The notes beneath the pieces were generated by a model, which ran no database searches, was not told the DNA's origin, and saw only the letters and a program-made list of their open reading frames with translations. From NCBI RefSeq assembly GCF_006345805.1, contig NC_043025.1, positions 3,162,001-3,226,000 of the forward strand: a stretch of 64,000 nt of DNA, read 5' to 3'. How positions within the stretch are numbered: the first letter of the stretch is position 1; each line of letters begins with the position of its first letter. This document shows, piece by piece, positions 25,955 through 35,628 of this stretch. The translations under genes and the position numbers were made by a program. This DNA comes from Octopus sinensis. Lineage: Eukaryota.

Positions 25955-26037
25955 GGCTCTTGATACGTTCCCAGCAGGGATTTTACGTTCGTTGAACATT
26001 TTTAAAATCAAACGAAATGCGAAGGATTTGGTCCAGC
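25955..26037 (-). CDS. Duplicated exon E5'
   Basis: caatccatag | (G)WTKSFAFRLILKMFNERKIPAGNVSRA | gtgagt. 83 bp, phase 1 to 0. Confidence 0.78.
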
Positions 26038-26157
26038 CTATGGATTGATATAGAAAATAATCACTGCGTTTATAAATGAGACACACGTCATAGATGCACA
26101 CAAAACCCACATACGTAGATAAAAATACACAATCATAATCACAACTACACTTAAAAA

Positions 26158-26212
<55 letters not shown>

Positions 26213-26217
26213 TATCT

Positions 26218-26340
26218 GACGGGATTCTTTCAGTTTCCGTTAACCAAATCCATTCAAAAGGATTTGTTTGGCCCGAGGCTATAGTAGAAAACACTTACCC
26301 AAAGTGCCACGCATTGGGACTGAACCCGTAACCATGTGGT
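26218..26340 (-). mobile_element. Octopus-type SINE fragment
   Basis: tttcagtttccgttaaccaaatcc..cccgaggctatagtagaaaacacttacccaaagtgccacgc..gggactgaacc. Same family as 39550-39870. Confidence 0.8.
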
Positions 26341-26520
26341 AGCTTCTCCTCAGTCCACTTTAGTTTTGCAGCTTCATACCGAACTATTGCGACTGCGTGC
26401 AAGTTTATCGCCGAAATTATGTTTCTGACGTTCAGCTTTCAAACCCATATTTTGCTCACTCGCCAAAAGTGCTCTCTTTTACTCTTTTCCTTCGTGTCGT
26501 GGTGTTTGATTCCGTGTGTA

Positions 26521-26566
<46 letters not shown>

Positions 26567-26679
26567 TGTGGGAGAGAGAACATTGTAAACGATGAATAAA
26601 ATGAACATGAAATAACTAAATCGTGTAAATAAAAGGGCATAATCAAAGGAACAATACAGGTTTCAAATAGTGGTACGTG

Positions 26680-26870
26680 ACCAGCAGATTCGGTGTAGGG
26701 GTGAAGTTGATTACATTGACCCAGAGCTCAACTTGCGCTTATTTTATCGACACAGAAATTATGAAAAGCAAAGTCAATCTCGGCGGAATTTGAACTCAGA
26801 ACGTAAAGACGGACGAAATAATGCAAAGCATTTCTCCCGGACTACTAACGATTCTGCCAGCTTACCGCCT
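26680..26870 (-). mobile_element. tRNA-derived SINE
   Basis: aaagtcaatctcggcggaatttgaactcagaacgtaaagac...gattctgccagcttaccgcc, the reverse complement of the 28241 family. Confidence 0.8.
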
Positions 26871-26980
26871 AATTTAAGGATTAATATTGTTAAACAGACA
26901 GAAAATCACTCACAAAAATTACTTCTCATCCTGCTACTTCTACTACTGTAAAAGTCATTCAAAAACATTTGCTCACTCAC

Positions 26981-27150
26981 CAACATCAATGCCTTTGCTT
27001 TCGATATCCTTTAGTCCTTGAGTGGTCTGTTCTGCATTGCAACATTGAGACATGTCTGGTTCTTGCCAGATACCAGTAAACGGTGAACACTTTTGTGATG
27101 ACAAGTTTTGACTTGATGCCATTTCTGGATGCCCCATCGTTCTGGAAGAA
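26981..27150 (-). CDS. Adhesion-GPCR-like gene exon E10 (second half of HRM domain)
   Basis: atttattttttcag | (C)SSRTMGHPEMASSQNLSSQKCSPFTGIWQEPDMSQCCNAEQTTQGLKDIESKGIDV G | gtgagt. 170 bp, phase 2 to 1. Confidence 0.88.
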
Positions 27151-28240
27151 CTGAAAAAATAAATGTTAAATATTGTCAGTCGAGTTTATTCATTCTTCGG
27201 AGAATTTCATCAGTCTCAGAGGAATATAGGAAACCTTCGATCTGGTCGTGATTTGAACTCATAATTTAGTGAAAGAAGGATAACTGGTGTCTTGCATTTA
27301 GGGAAGAAATCTATAATTTACTCCTGACCCCTATCCTCAAACGTAATGTCAAATATCTTCTAACTAGAGTTCAGATATAAAAACAATATTCCTGCATCTG
27401 CTTTTATTTACAATAATTTGTTGTTTTTATGATTATTCAATACAAGATTAGTTGGAACGGTGTAGGTGATGCAATATTAAGGAACCAGGTTGTTAGTTCA
27501 AGTTAAATGGGGGAATTAGTTGCTAATATTTCGCCACCATAGACATCGGTAGCAACAGCGGCAGCAATGGATTTATGTATATTTTCCTACATATGCACAG
27601 ATTTGAGTGATTCCACCAGTTGGTCTTGTCTTAAAACTAATAAAGCTCAGCCTCTGGGAGGAACAATTTAGATGCTTAACCTGTGGAGTGACGTGGTAGA
27701 AATGAGAGAAGAGAGACCGTGTAACATAGTCTGTGATGAGTGAAATCCCAGGATGACCATCATGTACTAGCAAGATATATAGCTCTACAGTAATCATAAA
27801 ATTGAATAAATAGTATTAGCCTGAAACCAACAGAATCACCGATAGATTCTATTGGCTGTATCTAGGTATGTGCTTTCTTTCCTACAATTATTTTGTGAAA
27901 TTCTTAGAAGAATCTTTAAATCTTTGTATAATACTGATTTCAAATTTTGGAATAAGGCTAGATATTTTGGGATTACATAGATCGCCAGTGGTTAATTGGT
28001 ATTTATTTTATCAATCCGGAAAGGATGAAGGACAAAGTCGACCCTGGTGGCATTTGATCTCAGAATGTAAAGTCGGAAAAATGCTGCTGAGCATTTTGTC
28101 CGGTGCCATAACGATTCTGCCAGCTCTCCACCATAAAGACTTGTCTAATATTGGTTTCAAATTTTGGCACAATGCCAGCAATTTCAGGGGAAGGGATGAG
28201 TCGTTTACACCAACCCCAGTGCTCAATTGGTTTTTATTTC

Positions 28241-28473
28241 AACGGCGAGTTGGCAGAAACGTTAGCACGCCAGGCGAAATGCTTAGTGGGATTTCGTCTG
28301 CGTTACGTTGTGAGTTCAAATTCCGCCGAGGTCGACTTTGCCTTTCATCCTTTCGGGGTCGATAAATTAAGTACCAGTTACGCACTGGGGTCGATGTAAT
28401 CGACTTAATACCTATGTCTGTCCTTGTTTGTCCCCTCTGTGTTTAGCTCCTTGTGGGTAATAAAGAAATAGGT
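28241..28473 (+). mobile_element. Full-length octopus-type tRNA-derived SINE, in a cluster with partial copies at 27980-28130, 28145-28240 and 28475-28545
   Basis: ggcgagttggcagaaacgttagcacgccaggcgaaatgcttag...gagttcaaattccgccgaggtcgactttgcctttcatcctttcggggtcgataaattaagtaccag. Confidence 0.9.
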
Positions 28474-28795
28474 ATTTATTTCAACGACCTGAGAAAAAAT
28501 TAAACGCAAAGTCGACCTTAGCGGAATTTGAACTCAGAACATAAAAACCAATGAAATGAAAGCTTTGTATAATATTGGCGACAAAGCAAATCTAGGTAAT
28601 TAGGACAAGGCTAAATTATATCAAATAATGTATAAAATGTAAAAATGGTGGGACAAGAGATTGCAACCGATGGACGTTTAATTCAATCGTGTTAATCTAT
28701 AAAGCTGTTATCTGCTCTACCAAGTAACATTCTCTCACAATAGGATGGCGCTGAAAGCTTCAAACTTTGAGTAGACATAAATAATAGAAACGAAC

Positions 28796-28907
28796 CAATG
28801 CCTTGTGGCTACATTTCCATGACATGGGATCTCTGCAGTAGTTCCTATTTTTGTCATTGGCCAAGAGAAAGTTCCATCGTTAGTTGATGTGCTTTCATCA
28901 CAAAACA
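28796..28907 (-). CDS. Adhesion-GPCR-like gene exon E9 (first half of HRM domain)
   Basis: ccttatttttcag | FCDESTSTNDGTFSWPMTKIGTTAEIPCHGNVATRH(C) | gttcgt. 112 bp, phase 1 to 2, with the C..G.F.WP.T..G..A..PC...ATR.C HRM signature. Confidence 0.92.
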
Positions 28908-28943
28908 CTGAAAAATAAGGAAAATATGGACATGAGAGAAGCC

Positions 28944-29029
<86 letters not shown>

Positions 29030-29369
29030 CAGCAGTAGTTAACATTGGAAATATATTGTTTGGACCTGCTGGCTGATTTGAGGACAATGATACCTGAAGT
29101 GTTGCAAACATATACGGAGAGCATATATTCAAAATAGATTTCTACGTTTTCATTTAGTAGTTTATAGAGAGATAAATGATTTAGAAATGAATTACAATCC
29201 CTTACAACACTATGCCCCACCCCCAAACAGGCTCGATGCAATTCTTTGAAGAGTAGTCTATTCTTAACTAGAATAGCGACAACATGAATTTCTCTATCTT
29301 TTGCTCTGTTAAAATATTTGAGAAAAATTACATTAAAGTGTCCTACTTATTAAAATTCTATTTCTTTAT

Positions 29370-29453
29370 TTATGCAGCTGAAGATGGCATTACATTTAAA
29401 TTGATGTAATGATTCTATTGTTCAATTAAATTAAGCTGCTTGAAACTGCATAA
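29370..29453 (+). ncRNA. Defective hammerhead remnant (stem III and cleavage triplet missing)
   Basis: ttatgcag-CTGAAGA-tggc..gctt-GAAA-ctgcataa: a perfect 8-bp stem I abuts GAAA directly. Confidence 0.4.
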
Positions 29454-29471
29454 CTACTTGATATCCTGTAG

Positions 29472-29507
<36 letters not shown>

Positions 29508-29720
29508 CTTATATTAAACTTTTTAATTAAAAAAAATTAAAATTCATAAAGATTTATAAATATAAAATAATAATTTTAATTTTAATCTAAATAATTTAAA
29601 TTTTAAATTTTATATTTTATATTTTATATATTTTGTATATTATATTAATTATTTTTATTTTTATTTGGTTTATGTTTTTCACCGTTTGATTTGCCTAATA
29701 GTGGTTTTATCTCTAATTTA

Positions 29721-29788
<68 letters not shown>

Positions 29789-30338
29789 GTGTATATATGT
29801 ATATATGTATATATATATATGTATGTATGTATGTATGCTTCTAAATATATATTTACTTATATATTCTTGAAAAATTATAAATAAATTGCCATCCCGAAAT
29901 AGAGGTGTGTGTATATGTATATATATTTTTATATTTTCTCAAGCAATATATAACTGGTTACGGGTTATGACTAGTCAGAATGCTTGTCTGTTTCGCGCCC
30001 ACTATTGTTGCATTTCGTCAATATATTGATCACTCTTTAGACATACTGACCGGAAGAACAAAACCTAATGTATGCTATAAATAGGCAGATGTTATATTGA
30101 TTTGGCGGTGGTTAAATGAAATGAATGGAAACGAAGTGAAAATATAACATTGTTCGGCAATGGGATATACTTTGTTCCTCTTGTATATCTCTTAGACATT
30201 GGTTAAAGCGTATAAGCTGTGTGTATCTATCGATCCTAATGTAAAAATTAACTTGATCACTTCGTACGAAATGAATTTTCGCTGAGGAAAATTATTTGCA
30301 ACACTAAATATTTTTCCTGTTTGAATTAAAGCAAGTAC

Positions 30339-30386
30339 TGGAATTGTGTGAATTGTTCTGCCCAGTAGAGTCTGCCTCTTCTACTT
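30339..30386 (-). CDS. Adhesion-GPCR-like gene exon E8 (Ser/Asn-rich linker)
   Basis: cttatttcgtatag | (K)VEEADSTGQNNSHNS | gtactt. 48 bp, phase 1 to 1. Differences from E8' are conservative (D/E, S/T, one synonymous). Confidence 0.75.
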
Positions 30387-30680
30387 CTATACGAAATAAG
30401 AAAACATTTTTGCCCTCGGTTAATTAGTATAATTAAAAAGAAACTGAACAAGAACTGAAGTGCAAAATAAAATGCTGATTTATTGAAATCATCCAAGCTT
30501 CGAGAAAATGTAAATAAATAGTTGTGTGTGAGAGGGGGGAGTCTGTGTGTGTGTGTGTCCATGTGCGCGCGTGCGTGTTCTATGGTATCATCCACTGTGG
30601 TTGATGATGACGACAACGATGAAGAGGATGGTAATTATGACGGTAATGATGGCAAAAATAAAAAGAAACACAATACTTAC

Positions 30681-30835
30681 TTTCGTCAATGAATTTCATG
30701 TGGCTTTGCCTAACTCCTATGTTAAGCAATGCCTGGGATTTGTTCAAAACTTCGGAGATATTGCGCCGCAGTTGACTTTCAGTCATTTCGCTAAATACTG
30801 TACAGTAAATAGCAAATATTTTACTTCTGTCTGAG
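30681..30835 (-). CDS. Adhesion-GPCR-like gene exon E7 (SEA-like)
   Basis: atttttatttcag | (G)SDRSKIFAIYCTVFSEMTESQLRRNISEVLNKSQALLNIGVRQSHMKFIDE | gtaagt. 155 bp, phase 2 to 1. Confidence 0.87.
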
Positions 30836-30917
30836 CTGAAATAAAAATAAATACATACATGTATGTCGGTATGTATGTATGTAGAAACTAGCTAGATAGA
30901 TAGAAATATACATACAT

Positions 30918-30971
<54 letters not shown>

Positions 30972-31486
30972 TCGTTTAAAAGCCGCCCTATTGAACCTTG
31001 AGCCCAACAATGACACCATGCAATGAGTAAATATTAAATTTCATGAAACCTGAACAATATTTTTCAAGCAATGAACAATTTTTATCAAAGCAATGATATA
31101 ATTTGTCGACTTGGATCTTATTGCAAAGCTACATGTTAAACAACAGTACCACCACCATCGCCACCATATCTGCCATACACACGCCATCCAGACTTCTGAC
31201 GCCATCACCATCAATACTTTTCATCACGTTCCCCTCCACCACCATCACCACTGTCTTTCACATCGTTTTCTATCACTATATTCAAATATAGCTTAGGATT
31301 GGATCATCACAGCTAAAATAAGCGCATTCAGTATGGTTTAGAACAGAATTAGTGAAGAAGACTAGAACTACTCGCGGGTGATTAAAAGTTGGCCTTAAGA
31401 AGATATTCGTCCACTAAGAAATCCACATGATGGTCTTCTATCAATGTATAAATTTTTGTATTCACTTTATATATGCATATATATAT

Positions 31487-31539
<53 letters not shown>

Positions 31540-31697
31540 TATATAATTTCCTCGTTGGTTTTAAATTGCGTGTTAGCAACCTTAAATATTTTATAATCTT
31601 CACATTGCCATTTTGTGAAATCAATCACTCATTCTTATGGCATTCTCAGTGATATTGACAGGCGGGAGTTAGCCTCCACCAGCCGTAATGGAGTGAG

Positions 31698-31748
31698 CAT
31701 TGCTGATGAGTATTAACTTCCTATAAGAAATTACCATGCTAATCTAAT
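31698..31748 (+). ncRNA. Degenerate hammerhead motif
   Basis: attg-CTGATGA-gtat..ataa-GAAA-tta-ccatgc-taa-TC-taat, enclosed by outer helices ctcca/tggag and ccgtaa/ttacgg. Stem II closes G.A. Confidence 0.45.
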
Positions 31749-32260
31749 CCATCTCGCTTACGGTGGAGAATGTTATCCCCACTTTCAATGCAAAGAGACC
31801 ATATGTCTTTTTGTGGCTAAGGAGTCTATGACTAATATTTCTAACAATGCACTCTTTTCACACTTAGTGACTGTAAATTATTTCCTTGTTGGTTTCAAAT
31901 TGCCGATGGCCACCTCAATTTATATATATAGACACCCATATATGTGTGTGTATATATATGTGTGTATATATATGTGTGTATGTATATGTATGTATATATA
32001 TATATACACATATATATACAACAATTTAGTAAATGAAACATATGCATACATACATATATGTACATACCTACATCTATATGTATATACACAGGCATATATG
32101 AGTACAGGACACCACAAATAAACGTAGAACACAACGAGAAACGAAAACATAAGAACAAAACAAGGAAACGGACATTTTTAACAACGAAAAAACAGAGTAC
32201 AAGACAAACAATACAAGGAACATTCGCCTTTTTCAGCTGTCCCTGTTTCGACTCAACGCG

Positions 32261-32303
<43 letters not shown>

Positions 32304-32309
32304 ATGTGT

Positions 32310-32403
<94 letters not shown>

Positions 32404-32434
32404 TATATATATACATGTATATATATATGTATAT

Positions 32435-32466
<32 letters not shown>

Positions 32467-32477
32467 CATATATATAT

Positions 32478-32508
<31 letters not shown>

Positions 32509-32755
32509 CATATATATTATATATATATATATATACATATATACAAGTATATATATAGTTCTCTCTGTATCTTTATATGGGTTTGTTTGTCTTTTGTATA
32601 ATAAAACATTGATAAACACTTAAACATTTCCTTGAATATATGAATTAGTATATGTGGGTCACTGTTGATTATTGTGACGTATAATACATGCGATAAAATC
32701 GAATGTTTGGAACAAAAGGAAATAAATTTGAATAAATGTGCTAGTATTTGCTTAC

Positions 32756-32808
32756 CCACAGTCTTCAACTCTGAATGTTCCCGTAACGGTTGAAAGGTCA
32801 CGCTCCAT
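32756..32808 (-). CDS. Adhesion-GPCR-like gene exon E6 (SEA-like)
   Basis: ggcttttgcag | MERDLSTVTGTFRVEDC(G) | gtaagc. 53 bp, phase 0 to 2. Confidence 0.85.
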
Positions 32809-32826
32809 CTGCAAAAGCCGGATATG

Positions 32827-32893
<67 letters not shown>

Positions 32894-33453
32894 ATACATA
32901 CATTAAATTCAAGAAACAAAGTTTGATTTAAAAGCGTTGAGATGTATTGAAAAATAGATAAAGAAATAATTTTATTCTCAAACGCAGGATGATGCTAATG
33001 ATATAACATGAACCGGATGAAATATCCATAATTTGCAGAAAAGTCTGTCGGCGGCCAGCTATATGACTACAACTCACACCCCTGTGATTACGCTTTAAGT
33101 GCTTTACCATTAAGCTGAACTGCGCGAACGACAAATACTTCTGCAAATTTAGGCTATATATACATCTAGCTTTATAAGACGCGTTATCTGGCTGCCGAAA
33201 GAGTTTTCGGCAACAGGTGAATAGTTTATCCTGTTCATACTATGCTATTAGCATTATTCTGCGTTTCAGAGTATAATTATATATAAATATATTAGCTTGA
33301 CACTCGGTAAAGTGGGGGAAATGAGAGGGATTTTAATGTTCCGAGCATATCTCTTGTCAGAAAGGAAAACGAAAATGTTGAGAGAAGAAAAATATTACCA
33401 AAAGGAAGTGTGTGATTACATATGTTCTTGTGTGTGCGAGTGTGTGCGAGTGT

Positions 33454-33516
<63 letters not shown>

Positions 33517-33883
33517 CACAAGATCAGTGAATATTTGAGTAGGATTTTATTTACTGTCAGAATCGGAAATTATATCACGGAATATATAAAGACAAAATAG
33601 TGGATAGAACAGTCTTTTTAATGACCAGTAAAAATTCAGTAAGTTAAAGAAGAAAGTTTTATGTAATAGTTTGCTCTCAGTAAATGGAGTTGATTGTCTG
33701 AATTTCATGAAACCTCACTATATATTTGACGTTTCACATTTCTTCTATAATATATGCATGTGTGTGTATGTGTGCGTGAGTGTGTGTATGTGTATGCATG
33801 TGTGCGCATGGTCAGTGCATGTGTGTGCGCGCACGCGTGTCTGTGTGCGGAGAAAGAGAGAGAGAGGGCAGATATCTACTCAC

Positions 33884-33966
33884 GGCTCTTGATATGTTCT
33901 CAGCAAGGATTTTATATTCGTTGAACTTTTTAAAAATCAAACGAAATACGAAGGATTTGGTCCGGC
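33884..33966 (-). CDS. Adhesion-GPCR-like gene exon E5 (SEA-like start)
   Basis: caatccatag | (G)RTKSFVFRLIFKKFNEYKILAENISRA | gtgagt. 83 bp, phase 1 to 0. Confidence 0.85.
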
Positions 33967-34151
33967 CTATGGATTGATATAGAAAATAATCGCTGCATTT
34001 ATAAATGAGACACATGTCATAGATGCACATGAAACCCACATACGTGGATAAAAATATACTTTCATAATCACACATACACTCAAAAATACTATATATATAT
34101 TATATTATATTATATCACACTAGAGACATGTCTTTGGTGTGGTAATTGTAC

Positions 34152-34244
34152 GCGGCTGAAGAAGTCTTTTGATCTATCTGTTATATCAATTATGCATTGA
34201 TATAAGAATAAGTTGTTCAATAAAGACCGAAACATATGTACCGC
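34152..34244 (+). ncRNA. Type I hammerhead ribozyme motif in a ~230-bp element inside (TA)n
   Basis: gcgg-CTGAAGA-a-gtcttt..aaagac-c-GAAA-catatg-TA-ccgc: palindromic stem III (acatatgt), GUA triplet, and an internal 10-bp hairpin in loop II. Confidence 0.82.
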
Positions 34245-34355
34245 AATATCCTTTGCGTCCTGTTTTTCTTTCGATGCATATTTCCTATCACCTATACAGG
34301 TGCTTACATTTATCAAGTATTCACCCGGAATTTATATATATATATATATATATAG

Positions 34356-34388
<33 letters not shown>

Positions 34389-34929
34389 GCAAATCAAGGA
34401 ACGGCCATAATAGGCCATTCACCCACTAGAAATAACAGCCAAGGCTTCAACCGCAAAACAACATTAATTCCGTAAACCAGGAGAAAATTAAAAAAACATT
34501 TACCCTTGATTTTGCTGTTGAATTTATAAATGGTCTATGACTATTTAATTTTTTCCCACTAGGCCGCTGGTGGCAAAAAATTCTGCGAAATTTTTTGCCA
34601 CCCTATATTGATTATATATATATATATATATATATTATTCTTATTCTACCTATTATATACGTTTTTACTATTTTTTTTTTGCAATTTACTTAATCACTGA
34701 CATTTTATTGTTATTTTAATTTTTAGATTTCTATTATATGTAATTTTTTAGCTAGTGTAATTTAATTGTTCATTTTGAATTGATAAAAGGTGTTTTTTTT
34801 CTAATTTTTTATTTATATATTATATTGTGTGAAATTTGATTTAGTATTTCTAAATTGAATTTTTCCTCGTAAGTTTGGATTTTATTCCCTCAAATAATAA
34901 TTATTATATATATATATATATACACTTAT

Positions 34930-35130
34930 CAATCCCTTTCTTCTTGTCGCTCTCTTCATGTATCGGCTATCAATGTCTGCACGTGGATGATTGGGTCCAT
35001 ACATCATTAGGACCTTTCTTGACCTCCTGTCCATCTCCTTTAGCTTCTCCTCTGTCCACTTCAGTTTTCCAGCGTCATTCCGAACTACTGCGACTGCGTG
35101 CGAGTTTATCGACGAAATTATGTTTCTGGC
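34930..35130 (-). mobile_element. R4/Dong-type LINE RT C-terminal fragment (partial copy at 26340-26430)
   Basis: Frameshifted segment resembling RAVAVV..GKLKWTEEKLKEMDRRSRKVLMMYG.NHPRADID..YMKRA...GLISV. Confidence 0.7.
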
Positions 35131-35303
35131 GTTTAGCTTTCAAACCAATATTTTGCTCACTCGCCAAACGTGCTCTCTTTTGCTCTTTTCCTTCATGTCG
35201 TGCTGTTTGATTCCATCTGTGTGTGTGTGTGTTAGAGAGAGAGAGAGAGAGGGGGGAGGGAGAGAGGGAGAGAGAACATTGCAAACAATATATATATACA
35301 CAC

Positions 35304-35337
<34 letters not shown>

Positions 35338-35448
35338 GCATACACACATCAAAATATTTTCCCGTATATTAATTACTATAAAATGTTCTTATTAACTATC
35401 AATTTGTAATAAACTTTTTGTGTTATATTAGACAATAAATACACTTAC

Positions 35449-35628
35449 CAATGAAATCATTCTTGTTACATAAGTGCCGACGCAACAACCAGTACAAGCC
35501 GTGCATTCGTCCGTTTATTGCATGTAAGGGTATTGTTTCTCATTGCTTCAACACATTTCTGTATGTGCTGCAGACCTTTCAGTCTTCAGTTTAGCACCGT
35601 TCATTGATATTGAGAATCGGCATACAGG
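35449..35628 (-). pseudogene. Exon E4 (second Ly6/uPAR-like exon) carrying four 1-bp deletions relative to E4'
   Basis: ctgttattacag | PVCRFSISMNGAKLKTER.C.TY.KCVEAMRNNTLTCNK...CTGCCVG.LCNKNDFI | gtaagt. 180 bp against 184 bp for the paralog. Confidence 0.75.

Larger units (their letters stand above)
21760..26590. repeat. Diverged duplication block B (paralog of 29860-35285)
   Basis: Colinear diverged matches, e.g. 21790-22740 vs 29890-30780, 23660-23935 vs 32550-32820, 25860-26160 vs 33750-34090. Confidence 0.9.
29860..35285. repeat. Block B' (source of block B), containing exons E5-E8
   Basis: See 21760-26590. Confidence 0.9.
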
